Assembly (NCBI GenBank): GCA_036172245.1
Contig: JAYWIR010000035.1
Coordinates: 1,426,001 to 1,490,000 of the forward strand
Source of the DNA: Raillietiella orientalis
Taxonomy: Eukaryota
Direction of reading: 5' to 3'
Length of the DNA stretch: 64,000 nt
In this document: positions 52,201-64,000 of the stretch, one piece after another
How the letters are laid out: every line of letters begins with the position of its first letter
Position numbering within the stretch: position 1 is the stretch's first letter
Program-made: the position numbers and the translations under genes
The notes under the pieces: model-generated
What the model was told of the DNA's origin: nothing
Databases searched by the model: none
The model's input: the letters and a program-made list of their open reading frames with translations, nothing else

Positions 52201-52919
52201 TTCTGCTTTAACTTCATCACAGCAGGACGCCGGTGACCTCAGGATTCACCGGAGGAAGCGACGTCTACCGAGTCCTGCGGCTTCCGCTCGCTCCGGGCTT
52301 TCCGTCCCTTCGCAGGATCCTGCTGCCACCCTCCGAGGTGCGTTTCCGTCCCTGAGGGCACACCCACTCCGACTCTTTCAGTTTCTCAACTTCCTTCTCA
52401 TACAGCATTTGACTCCCCTCCCCGCATTCAAATCCCGCTCGTGAGCTCTCATGTGCTCAAGTGGCACTCCACCGCCGCCATCGGCTAAAGGTGAACTCAG
52501 TGCTGCGTCAGAGGCACCACTGTCTGCCGCAAGCCTGCGCTGCCTTTCGAGCGACTTCGGATCCTTTCGAGAGGAGGGAAGGGCCGCCCGGGGAGCGCGA
52601 GCTACAGATGTACTTTCCTCCCTCCCTCCCCCATCAGCAAAAAGGGAGCCGTAAATTTTTCGTCTCGCTCGTCGTCGTCGTCTCCGGTGCTGAACTTCGC
52701 CTGAGTCTAGGCAGCGCGCCTGCCAAGAGTTTCAAGCCAGGACCTGCGTCCATCTCATTCCTGCCATCCCCTTCATGTTATTTCCTCCTTACTTTTCTCG
52801 AATATGTGGGTGGTTGCCCTCGGCAACCCTGGCTCCTTAGCAGCTTTTCACTTCTTCAGCTGCACAGCCTCGACCCTGACGTAATACACTTTCCTATCCG
52901 TCCACTGTCCTTTTGCTGA

Positions 52920-54740
52920 TCAGCAGAACACATGTGCGTGCAGTAATGACACAGCGACAAATCCGCAAATTCTCGCTCTTAAATCAGTTGTCTGTTGTAG
53001 AGATGGAAAGATCAAGCAGGGAGGGCAAAAATTTTCTCTCCCTGCTTGCCTGCTGGAGTCATTGGACAGGGAGGGTTCGGGGATAAGAGCCCCAGCTTCC
53101 ACTTTATCCGGGTAACAGAATGCATGCTGACGGCGGTTTCAACGAGGTGATCCACAGGAAGCGCCTACACGTCTGGCACGCGAAAGCGTCCTTCTCTAAG
53201 TGGGGCGTTCCCCCCTTCGTGCGTACGTCCGCTGCCGGGCAAAGCCAGAGGGCATGGAAGTGATGGCCTATCCGCAGGCTCTCGCACTTGGTTATGACCT
53301 TAGCAGAGTGGGATTTCGTAGGCCTCTTCCGTGTGCACGTAGCGCACCTGGTGCGACGAAGCAAATGAGCGCGGAGGTCGTGCGATCGAAAGCGGTCACC
53401 ACGATGATGGATTTTTTCTTCTGAGAATCGAACGGATCTGGAGAGCGGACCGATTTGAACCCTCCTGAAAGGAACTCCGATACTCCCTGGCTAGAATGGG
53501 GTGGCAGTTTGGACCGGAAGTTCATTTTGAACTAAAAGGGAGCGGTTCCGGTCTCCACGGAAGTCATCGAATCCGACTCGAATAGGAATTTGGATGAATC
53601 TTTAGGACTGCGATTGGATTGGATATCGGGAGAATAAATGATTTTTGGGGAGGGGAAAAAAAATGGCGATCAAAGAAAAATACGACAGGGATGAAATTGC
53701 GTCTAAGACAAGCATGACTAGTGTGATGAGAAAGAAACTGTGAGAAACCCTCGCATGAACTGGGAAGAATTTCTATGAAACAGAGTTTCACAGGGAGAAT
53801 TTCTTCAATCTGCAGATGATGCAGCGGCCAGACATCAATGTAGCATCGTTGCAAAGAAAAGAAACGACTTCAGTTCTGCCTTTTACGCGACACACTGGTG
53901 GGAGGATACATTTCCTGGTAATGATGATGCATCGGAGAACTTGGAGAAACTCGAAAGAACGCACTGTGATGGTGAGGGATGACATTTCATGCAACTCTGC
54001 TTGAGGTACCAGTTGGTTCCTAGGTGGTTTCCGCATCCTTCACTTGTAAAAAGGAGGGAGAAAAAGGAGGTAACAGCCAGCAACAGCGTGGATACGGACT
54101 TTGAAATAATAACGGATGATCCCAGCATGCAGTTGCAGGATCTCACAAAAGAATCAATCTTAGGAGGCAGTTGAAAATGAGGCCTGTGATGTAGCTTTCT
54201 AAATTGGGAGAAGTGCGCGAGGATCTCGGAAAGAAATCAATTTCATTGATAGAGTACCAGCAAAAGATACGAAGTATGGGATAAGAAAAAAAAGTCGGTG
54301 TTTGGGGAAAGAAGGTGACGGTTGCGTGTGTCACCACAGCACTAGTTTTTCAGGTAGCTCGGGATAGTTTCGAATGAATCTGTGTTCGACCTAATGGTGA
54401 CGTCATAAGTGGCAATGAGCGCGGTAGTGGCCCCACCTAAAAGTAAATTTGGCATAATTTCGACAGGTGCTTTGCTTCTTGTTTCGAAGGCGGGAAACAG
54501 GACAAGTCAGGATGCAGACCGACAATCTCTTGGGGACTTCGCCCCTCCTTGAAATTAGCGTAAAGTGTTCGCTTGCCGAAGTCTCCGACACAAAAAAAAT
54601 GCCGCCTACTGACTCGCGTGGATTTCCGCAAAGAGAAAGCTGAAGAGTCGAGATCGGCTCGTGCTCGAAGTGTGCAGGCTCTGGGAGTTTTGAGGAGACC
54701 CGAGCACACAAAACGGGACAATTTCTTTCGGGCACTCAAA
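52920..54740 (-). pseudogene. IR pseudogene nested antisense in the K2P intron, with mariner fragments
   Basis: RARADL..FSL..R..HF (S1), Q..ILRIFCW..PNLESYIT (P/M2), CESLRIGHHF..TKGGTPHLE (cf. C...G..F..YGIA..KGSP), TDLRARICG (M3). Confidence 0.6.
53816..54045 (+). mobile_element. Scrambled mariner transposase fragments inside an IR relic
   Basis: Short peptides RHTGGRIHF (cf. LKKHLGGKRF) and YQLVPRWFPH (cf. YRKVCARWVPH); short and out of order. Confidence 0.4.
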
Positions 54741-55128
54741 CAAACCCACTTACCTTCAGAAGAAGAAGAACCAGTTCATACAAGCTTGCGTGTTAGCAGT
54801 CAAATGAATACACCTGCAGCGTGTATGCACAAATTCCAGGAAGATCACTCCACCCCCCCCTTTCCCGTTTCGATGTAAGAACCAGCGAATGGTTCCCTTC
54901 TTTGGAAGAAATGATCACACATAAAAAACCTTGTCTGGGAAAAGCACAGATATCACGGAATCATGCAAAGTTGAACGTTTCCAAGGATACTGATATCTTG
55001 GATGCAGATAAAAATGTTCACGGAATTTGCAAACGGAGAGAGGCAATCAAAATTGGAATTCTTGCAAGGAAAACTGAAATCCAAAGAAATCATGAGTCGA
55101 AAGCGGTGAATAATTCTTTCAAAGATCC

Positions 55129-55190
55129 CATGAGCAGCATTGCCGTTTATGGTGGGTTCTCATCCACCATAAACGGCAATGCTGCTCATG
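55129..55190. repeat. Perfect 27-bp hairpin with 8-nt loop
   Basis: catgagcagcattgccgtttatggtgg - gttctcat - ccaccataaacggcaatgctgctcatg. Confidence 0.95.
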
Positions 55191-55549
55191 TCGACGTGGA
55201 TAACCACTTTTTAGTAGCAGATTATAACAAAGGGCCTTTTAGATGCGCTCGAATGAGAGTTTGGTCAAACCACGCACACAGTACTTCAGGGTCAAAAAGC
55301 ATCAAATGGTTGGATGTAAAATCGGATGAGCCTCTTTTCGAGATGAAAGCCGTAGTCTGCAAGTTTGTTGGTTGCCTTTTCCCCCGTGTTCACTTTTTCC
55401 CGCTCGTTTGTGACCATTCAGTCCATTCTCCGGAAGCGAATTCTACAAGTGAGGTCCGATCTACTGGCTTGCACAGGCTGAATTACGTGGAAGCTGCAAA
55501 GCAAAGATAATGAACCTAAGAAGATTCGGAACGAAGTCCTCCTGCGTGT

Positions 55550-56670
55550 AGAGAGCGTGCAAATATGACTCTGTACTGATCGAGAATGCACGCGGCATCT
55601 GGACCGGATGGTGAGCAAAGAGTATGTCCTGAAAATTTCGCTACCTTTCGGACACCTTTTCGAGAGGTGATCGAGAATCATCACGTGTGCGCTGACCGGT
55701 GATGAGTGCACGAGACAGTCAGCAGAGCGACGAACGAAAGGGTTGGCTCGGAAGCGACGACGCATCCATCGCGGATGCAGAATGGAGCTCCTTTTTGGCT
55801 CCATTCTTATCCGCACACCGAAAATCTACCGAAGGAGCAATCAACCTCGCCGGGTGCAGATTGCATTCGGGTGCAATCTCCAAATGGAGCATCAGGAGCA
55901 TTCGCATTTTTCCGGTTCCAACGATAGCGAGAGAGTGAGGCAGCTGAGTGGTCTTCCTACACTCAATCAGCGCAATCCACGTCCTAAGTGCTTGGTCAGA
56001 AGCCATCCGTGCTACATCTCAAAGCATAAGCATAGACAGCTGTCTTCACTTCAAAGCTGGAAGCCTAATTGAATCTCCAAGAACACTGGAGCAACAAGTG
56101 TTATAGACGCACATCAGGACACCGAAACCTCCTCTTTCATCAAGGACAAGAACGGATTTTGTTGCAGATTGCGAGTTTCCAATTTTCCTTTTTTGTGGGA
56201 ATAGGAATTGAGGAATGCAGCTTGCGAGAGTCTTGTAACCAGGGAAGCAAGGCAAAGAGCTTGATCACAACCGAAAGCGGAAAACGAGGCTCAGAGGACA
56301 AAACATCCAAGAAGAGAAGAAAGGATTTTTCTGCCCTTCCGTTACTTGGGCTCTGCCACTCTGTCCCTGTATTTTCATCACCACTTGCCCTCTGAAAGAC
56401 CATGCAGACATCATGCATGGAAACAAGTCTGGAAGAGGAAACTGCTCCCAGGGAGTCTTGAGTCCCAAGAGTCGCTTATGTTAGCGCGTTTCTTTTGAAG
56501 GACTGATCCCAGATCCCAACTGAGAGTAAGCATCCTTGCTGCCGATGGATGCGCATTGAATCCAATCTTCAAATTTTGTTTCCAGACAGCAAATTTGTGT
56601 TGATGTTTAAAATGCTGTGATTCAACAGAAGAGTGGGAAATCAACATTGCATACACACCCACACACAATA
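55550..56670 (-). pseudogene. IR pseudogene nested antisense in the K2P intron
   Basis: SWDLGSVLQKKRANIS (cf. SW.GMIG.LQRKEADIA), SQSATKSVL..VLMCVYN..VL..IRLP (M2), ECNLHPAR..DFRCADKNGAKKEL (S2 end). Confidence 0.6.
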
Positions 56671-57639
56671 TCTACGTATGTTGCATCATTTTGAGTCACT
56701 TTCCCGATGAAACTCTCTACTCGATCCCTCACCAGAGTAGAGCAAGAATAAAAGGTGTGTGAAATCGTGTCAGGCCTTCCAAGTCATCAACCGGAAGTAC
56801 TCGCTCGATGCAAACTTTTTGTGAAACCGCTCTGCGTTCATCTGCTGAAGATCTTGCAGGAAAAAAAGCAAGAGAGTTCCGACTGTTTCCTCTGCGATCG
56901 AAAGAGAATTGGCTCATAGGCTCGAGTCTTCCGGGGTCGAGCAGGCGGGTCCGACCCGAAAGAAAAAAAAAGAGAATGCTGGCATTGCGTTGCTCTTGTC
57001 TGTTAATAATGCTCATCTTGATTAAAACTTCTAATTGCTCTTTATTAAGAAAATCGTGAGAGATGTGTGAGAGAGCGAAAACTCGACCCGAACAGAAACG
57101 ATGGAACAAGAACGAGATCCGTGTTTCATGCGCAAAAAAGATTTTACATCTTGCTTTATGAGCAAGAACTGGAACCATCAAGTCGTCCCCTCCTCGGGAC
57201 CTCTTGTTTGCACAGATAGATCTCTTCCACGGAAGAATCAAATCAACGTTGCTCACTCGGTAGCAGGAAGACCCAAACAAAATAGGCTCTCCTTATTCTT
57301 GCCATACAGACAAGACGAAATCCACCTGGAAACCACCAGGGAGCCACTTAGCCAATCGGTTCGAACCGTCCCCTGTAGTGATTGAAACGCTTCGAATGGA
57401 TGCTGCTCTATCGTTTCACCAAGGTTCAGGAGACCTTGTAACGGCAGTCTTCACGGTATCCGATCTTATTTGATCAGTGGCCTTGTTTCCCAGCAGTAAG
57501 CAGGAGCGATGTGTACGGTACCGTACAGGAAGCTCTGCACAGTATGTACGAAGTATATGTTTGTATCACAAATCTGTATCAGTGTCAATCATAACATGTC
57601 TTTCTTGTGATGGCAATGGAAATGTTTTCTGTTTTGCAG

Positions 57640-58349
57640 GATACGGCTACATTGTGCCACAAACTGCCTGGGGAAAAGTCTGCACAATCGTATATGCGAT
57701 CTTTGGAATTCCCCTGTTTCTTTTATATTTGGCTACCATTGGTGATATACTAGCAACGAGCTTCAAGTGGCTATACGTAAAGGTGTTTGTGTGTGTCAAG
57801 ACAGAACCCAGGAATAGTTTCGAGTTACAGTACCTGCCTGATACGGAAACAGGGATAAGGGAAGTGTCGGACGACGAAACATTACAGTACATGCCACAGA
57901 ACATGTCGTCGGACCCGTACGTTGAGACCCGAGTCTTCCAGGATTATCCTAATGAAATGATTCATTCAAGCAGTCTTGCGGAAGAAGCAAGAGTTCCCAT
58001 ATCTTTGTGCATCATGATCATTATTTTGTATATTATAGCAGGAGCTATGCTGTTCTCCAATTGGGAAAATGACTGGAGTTTCCTAGAAAGTTCTTATTTT
58101 TGTTTCATCAGCCTGAGCACGATTGGCTTGGGTGATTTTTTCCCAGGTCAGATCATACGAGCAAGCGACGGAAGCATTGTGGAATACAGTTTCATATTTT
58201 GTTCCTTATATTTGTTGCTCGGGATGGCACTCATGGCCATGTGCTTTAATCTTATGCAGGAAGAAGTAATCAATAAAATACGAAACTTGTGTCAACGATG
58301 CGGCATTTTGGAAGAACAGTACTATTCGGACGACTACGACACAAGATGA
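57640..58349 (+). CDS. K2P channel coding exon 2 (GYG filter, M2, M3, P2, M4, stop)
   Basis: Acceptor ttttctgttttgcag| ends at 57639; G+GA restores TTIGYG. Then PQTAWGKVCTIVYAIFGIPLFLLYL (M2), VPISLCIMIIILYIIAGAMLF (M3), WSFLESSYFCFISLSTIGLGD (P2), YLLLGMALMAMCFNLMQEEV (M4), TGA at 58347-58349. Spliced CDS from 49584 is 1149 nt = 382 aa. Confidence 0.95.
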
Positions 58350-58699
58350 TTATTCCAGGCGTTTAGGGGAGTCCTCCGATTTCAAACCGATATTCGTGCC
58401 GAATAACACCGCAGTGCATTCGTTGTGTTCAATGCAATTGTTCTTCCTATTAGTTTGCTACCGAACAATCAGTTTTCCACAAAATCTTAGTACATTAGAA
58501 AAGCTGAATAGGAAGGGTTGCTGTGCATTACGGTAACTCTACGTTTAGATCCATTCTGTTGGGCGTGTTTTCGAATCAAAGATGAGATTCTGTATCCGAA
58601 TACCGAAGTACTTCAACGAAATGATACTTCTATAGTGTCATGTTTACAAGTGTGAAAACCATATGTTGTCTCTTATGTACCGCGAAACAGGAGAGTAGA

Positions 58700-59950
58700 A
58701 CTACTTTGTTATGCATAAATGGTTCGTATTTCTGAAACGTGTGTTCACAAAAACCAAAAATTCTTGCAAAAGTTCATTATTCTGAAATTTCCTTATCTTT
58801 TTTATTACCGACATACGGATTCTAACCCGCGTATCATTACATACAAGCTTTATCAGTAAGTCTCCAAGGGACACTCCTCCCCCACCCACCCACCCACCCA
58901 AAAAAAAAAAAAAAAAAAAAAATGTAATCATTTCTAATTAAATACAAAAACATATTCTAAAATATTGAATTTCTACTTTGGAGATTTGGGCATCCTGAAC
59001 CTCGTAGATTCTTTTTATCCTTACACTTTTTTTGATTCAAGGAGATGTGGATGCTGAAGAACAGAGGATGCCATTATGTTGGCCGTATTCATTTCCAAAT
59101 ATAAAACAATGTGCTATTTTGCAGTTCATTTTTTATTACGAGTATCTCGATTTCGGAAAACTTTGACCTGGACATATTGAAAATTTAAGTAGCAAAACTT
59201 TTCAGCGTTTGACTTTCGAGCACTTGGAAACTTGGAACCAAACCGGAAGCAAACGTTCGCGGTAGTGCCTTCGCGGCGTGTTCTGGTTTCTTTGTGTTTG
59301 GACTGTACACCGTGCACCTGAGGATCCTGGATGATGCGAATCTCATCAAGGTCCCTTCCACAAGAGTCCATGGTAAGAGGAACTTCTTTTTGTTACGCGC
59401 CTCATTTTCCCAACTTTCAAAAATTCTGCCGTCAAACACCAACACTTTATTTTGGACCTTACAAAAATTGGTGTTCTTCGTGTTTTCCAATCATTCGTTT
59501 TTAGGATGCGAATAAGCAAGGAATCAATCGTGCAGTGCCACAATTCTAATAAATAGCTGCAGCGTACTAAAACATAGCAGAACACGAAATCCGAAAATCG
59601 AAAAGATATATATCTAATAGGAACGTAGCAGATAAGGTATAGAGATGGAAAGATTGAACAAAAACTCTATGAGAAGAAAAAGGGAATTGATTGCTCCCGG
59701 AGGACCTTGAAAACAGCAAAACTCACTCGTTCAGTTTTCCCATGGAAGCAGTACTGATCAAAGGCCGTTCGAACTTTTGCTTGCAAGAATTACGTCTATT
59801 CCGGAAATCCAAATTCAAAGTGCTCACACCATACATCACCTAACTGATGTACGTGGAACCCGAGTTGCTGTGAAGATTTTATTAGTGTACACGTATCTTA
59901 CACTTTTGATGTATGTGCTTCTCTGCACACTTCAGTCACTTCGTATTTAA
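58700..59950 (-). pseudogene. IR pseudogene just downstream of the K2P stop
   Basis: F..PP..LFLLIEF, LWHCTIDSLL..R..CWCLTAEFL (P/M2), RDLDE..REGTTANVCF..S (S2). Confidence 0.52.
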
Positions 59951-60599
59951 AAAGATAATTCTGATGTTATCCAAGACAACTGTGTACAATGAGCGGTCCT
60001 TTGCATGTCGCTTTTCCATAAATTAATTTTTGCGAATGGCATTTTCCCATCGCACAAGTTGAAAACGAATTGCAGCAATTTCTGAATGATAGCAACATAC
60101 CGATTCAAAAAAAAAAAATGCAACTGTCAAACTTTATTGCCTAGATTTCATTCATTCTGAGTGACGTTCCGAATAAATTTCCAAGCTGATAAATTTCCGT
60201 TCCCGATCTGAATAGAGATAAAGTGTCAGACATTTATCAAACATTAATTATTTACATTCGACTTCGGAAACAGTCTCTTATTCCACTTTCGTACCCCTTG
60301 GCGCCACACGTTTGCAAGAACCCAACTGATTATACATTATAGATAATACAGGAATTAGTATATGCAACAACACAGAAAGAAAACAGTAAAGATAGAAAGT
60401 ATGAGCAGGTAAGGAAGCTACATGTAATGTTGAGTATAAACGATAAAAAAGCAATAGCTGTAAAATACAGTTATGGTGTCTACTCTGAACACTATGGAGC
60501 TTGCGATTTGCCAAAAGGCGTTGATTTATCTCTCATTCCTAATAACCTATAATTTTTTTCTTTTATAAACCTATGTATGAGATATTCACAATAGAATAC

Positions 60600-61170
60600 G
60601 TGTGTGTGAATCCAGAGTTTGGACTGGAGCACGCTTTTATGTCGGAAACAGGAAACGGCTTTCAGTTTACGTCAAGCAGACAAGACCATCAGGCAGGAAA
60701 CCTCCAAGAAGGATGCTAACCAATACTGCAAGTTCCAGGACCTCTGCGACAAATCCTCCCCAAGTAGAACCCTCAAGTACAGTGTCATCCTCCCAGTACA
60801 AGCCCCTTCAAGAACGCTTTCGTCTTGCACTTCTTGCTTTGCGACTAACGCGCACATGATATTCCACACGTGGAAAAACGACCAGCAGTCCTCGAACGAG
60901 AACCTTGGAAGTTCAAAACAGAAACCGTGGCAGCAACCGTGTTGGCAAGTTGAGCGAATTTCTCGGCTTTGCCTCCTAGTTCCTGTGATCTTCCAACCAA
61001 CTTGTATCCTATTTCGCAAGAGTAGTACATTCTATTGAGCATGTTTTGTGAGAGACACTCTACAGTTTCGTGCATTGGAACAAGCGTTGACTTGTCTTTT
61101 TTTTTTTCCTAACAAGAGCTGCTTATAGATGGATTGTGGTTCACCCATCACTTTCAGAGTAAACGTGTAC
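60600..61170 (+). mobile_element. Probable internally deleted mariner relic
   Basis: Peptides YCKFQDLCDKSSPSRTL, HTWKNDQQS and WKFKTETVAATVL resemble, in order, mariner GFRKVCARWVPR, PETKQQS and KKFKT..KVMATVFW. Confidence 0.4.
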
Positions 61171-62500
61171 GAGACACCGGAAAATAAAGCCACTCCAAAG
61201 ATTCCCTACCTTCAAGCTTGTAAATTCATCCCCGATTAATTATTAATGCTTACGTTTTCAGCGATTTCGTCACAGTTAGCATGCAGTTAGCTATTTAAAG
61301 AGGTGTATTGCACAAGACCTGCAAAACATTGAACGGATGAAGCGGAAGTTGGCAACCCCGTCCAGGCCGTAGCGCGCCCGTTGAGAGTAGTTCGCATGTC
61401 TATTCATGATCGAAAACTTGCACACTTGGACACAACTCGGGAATTTTTGCACTTATTGTCCTAAGCAGTCCCTCTAAACACTTCAATGTGGCTTCATAGA
61501 AACCAACTGAAAACATTTCCGCTCAACCACATACAAATGACACCGTCCATAAGCAAAAACGACAATGCAAGATTACATCAGCAACTCTAGAATTATAGGT
61601 CTCTCGAGCTATGATTCTTGGGAAATGTGCTAGCAGTTGGTGAGACATTTTGAGAAAGGTGTTTCATCATGTTAGTTTTTTTTTAGTCGCTTACCTTATA
61701 TCAAAAGGTTCGACCCAACTTCTGCAATGATCAACCTCGGGAGCTGCAACAAGGTGTTTCTAACTCTTTTGCTTCACTTTGACAATAAGGTTGACTGGAG
61801 ATCGAATCTCATCAATACGTGCAATAAGTACGAAATCATTACATCTGCTATTAGTTGAACCTCAAGTGAACACTGCTAAGTTTCCAGGCTTTAAATTAAC
61901 CCACAACTCTTTTGGGGGAAAATTCGTCGAGGAGAAGCGGTGATGCTCTCCTTTTTAACAAAATTCTGATGCTTTCTTCAGGCTGTGGAATCTCCTGGTC
62001 GCCGTTTTATAAGCATCTCAAAAATCAGAAGGAATGAAAAAAGCAGTATTTGTGTTGATTCCTCAGTGGTCATTTGTGAAAGCATCTGAAAATATGTGCC
62101 AACATGCAAGTGTGATTGGAGATTGTGTTATTTCACTATTGAGTTGCTAATCCTTCATTTCATTTCATTTTTTCCTTTTAACTTGGATTATTTTCGCGTA
62201 CATTATCAAACTTTTTGATTTCCTGGTAGCAATTTTGGTTTCCATGTGCATAATACATATGGCTCTGATGCATGTCTTTTATTGCCCTCCCCAATCAAAA
62301 TAAACACTTTTCTTCTTTACTTGAGCATTCATTCTAAAGTGTTGGAACTATGAAACAAAATGGTGATTCCAACACTTTGTTTATCAAGCCCCATAATGCA
62401 GAAAACTTTCCAAGGACAAGCAAGAAGAAAACTGTTTCACGGTAGAATTTCAGTATGTTGGAATCCTAGTTATAAATCATGAAAGTCTTGTTTGAAAAGA
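61150..62500 (-). pseudogene. IR pseudogene
   Basis: LQSTLLS (M2 end), ATAWTGLP..FAGLVQ (S2 end), MNLQA..GIFGVALFSG (M3). Confidence 0.38.
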
Positions 62501-62899
62501 ATAATCCATTGGTATGCAGCTTTCAGCAGCCTCGAAAGAAAGTAATTTGACTAATTGCAAGAGTTGTGATCTCTTCTATGCCAATTCTCTATTAGATGTA
62601 ATGAACCTAATAAAGATTTATTATGCGCATTATTAATGCGCATTCAACAAAAGGTTTTTCATAATACTCAGCTGAGCTGTCTCTCCTGCCTCAAACGCTT
62701 CTAAGAAATCAGGGTAGGTCTCTAACATATCAGCATCTCCCATACCTTCAGGGTGACTTGTTGCTCCAGATCAAATACATTGAAATGAATTAGTTTTTCT
62801 TCGTCATAAAAGTATCGTAAGTCCATTTGCTTGATTCTTCAAGATTCTGAATTTGTCCCAAATTTGGAGAATAATATTTAAGAATTGTTACTGCTATGA

Positions 62900-64000
62900 T
62901 AAGCTTACCAATGTCAAACAAAGCAGCAGCGAAACTACAGTTTAGTCTCAAACAAAATTAGTTTGAGTTCTTGAAACTACACATATTCCATGTCAGCATA
63001 CCCTATTGCAGCTTTTGCAAAACTGTTGGAGCTGGAAGGTTTCTTGATTAATGCTGAAAACAGCTAATGTAAAGTACTGATCACTGGATAATTCTTTTTG
63101 TTGTAAATGTGCAAACAATAGATAATGTAGTTATTCTTTTCCATCTATTTAAAGCCCCTTCAGCATTTATAAATACAAAGATTTATTACAGAATACATAA
63201 ATATCGATATACATAGGCAAGAATCAGTTGTATCTATGTGTGCTAACCATTCATTTTATCATCGTTGTGTTTGTTAGCAGTGCTCCCTTTTTATCTGCAA
63301 ATGATACTGCTTTTAGGTCATTCAATGCTTGCACTTGTTTGCCCATCATTACACATTCATCAGATTGGGATCTTTCATTTTTAACTCATTGTTAAACTTG
63401 TCTGCATAGCTGGAAAGAAAATAGGATTATGGTGAAGTACCTTGATATCAACAATCCCAATTTCCTTCTACAGAGTGCATGATTCTGACTGATGGAGTTT
63501 ATAGGTATGACTAAGAACAATCCTACTGAAAAGCAGTTCCATGATTCCCTAATTTTCTCTTCAAAACAGCACCAAACTACCTTATATGTTATGAATATTA
63601 TGAGCATTTTCTTTACCATCCAGAGTTCATTCTGCTATTAATTTTCTATCTAATTCACATTTATTTAGTCTTTTTCTAAGTTCCTACTTTTTCCCAGAAA
63701 AAGTCTCAATCAATAACTTACATAATAAGATCTAATCCTTCAGGTAGATTTTTATTGAAATAAAAACCTATAAAATGGCATGAAAACTTATCTGAAGCTG
63801 TTTAAATTCTTTTTAGAGATAACTCTCATGAGCAGAGTGAGCTGTACAAAGAATGTATAGAGACCCACTGATCTGAATTCCAGCATCAGCGGAAGTCACT
63901 CGTCCTTCTTACACTTTGCCAGGGCATGAAATCCTTTTATTTTTCATTACTTGAATGCAAAAAGTCTGTGTTACTGTATGCATTTCAATTTCAAAGCAAC
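62900..64000 (-). pseudogene. IR pseudogene (5' part runs off the window)
   Basis: PGKV*EGRVTSADAG (S1), SWNCFSVGL..RRKLGLL..FTIILFSF (P/M2; ORF 63392-63619). Confidence 0.42.

Larger units (their letters stand above)
41400..52700. promoter_or_regulatory. Large GC/CpG-rich island spanning the K2P 5' region
   Basis: 47641-47700 is 48/60 G+C with many CpGs, versus 9/60 at 1261-1320. The island covers the K2P first coding exon and several kb upstream. A promoter role is inferred, not shown. Confidence 0.55.
50023..57639 (+). other. Phase-1 GT-AG intron of the K2P gene
   Basis: GTAAAG donor and pyrimidine tract + CAG acceptor join two in-frame K2P exons inside the G codon of the first selectivity filter. 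Confidence 0.9.

Noticed and set aside
54821..55510. 229-aa plus-strand ORF in the K2P intron
   Set aside because: No K2P or other domain, not needed for the spliced CDS, and contains the perfect palindrome.
62909..63053. Two phase-compatible minus-strand mini-exons (63002-63053, 62909-62934)
   Set aside because: Very short, no recognisable product, and they overlap the expected S2 end of an IR relic.
1..64000. IR lesions as long-read homopolymer assembly errors
   Set aside because: Lesions include many in-frame stops, radical substitutions and transposon insertions, while both K2P exons are intact; some poly-A/T/G lengths may still be imprecise.
1..64000. CRISPR array or prokaryotic operon/defence system
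   Set aside because: No regularly spaced repeats and no dense gene packing; the sequence is eukaryotic.

Overview
Eukaryotic genomic DNA, most likely an arthropod (a chelicerate is plausible). This is inferred from GT-AG splicing, microsatellites, mariner/LINE relics and the gene families seen. One intact gene is supported: a two-pore-domain K+ channel (K2P/TWiK type) on the + strand, with coding exons ~49584-50022 and 57640-58349 and a 7.6-kb phase-1 intron splitting the first GYG filter. Most of the remaining sequence appears to be a head-to-tail array of about 25 heavily decayed ionotropic-receptor (IR, variant iGluR chemoreceptor) pseudogenes. They lie on the - strand roughly every 2-2.5 kb, three of them inside the K2P intron. 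They were recognised by eye from S1-M1-P-M2-S2-M3 motif remnants recurring in collinear order, so their boundaries are approximate and need HMM confirmation. A strong GC gradient (AT-rich ends, very GC/CpG-rich 41-52 kb) runs across these homologous units. Also present: a retroposed, A-tailed 3' end of 28S rRNA, two L1/Tx1-like LINE relics, mariner relics, a probable Penelope-like insertion, short direct and inverted duplications, and several perfect hairpins.
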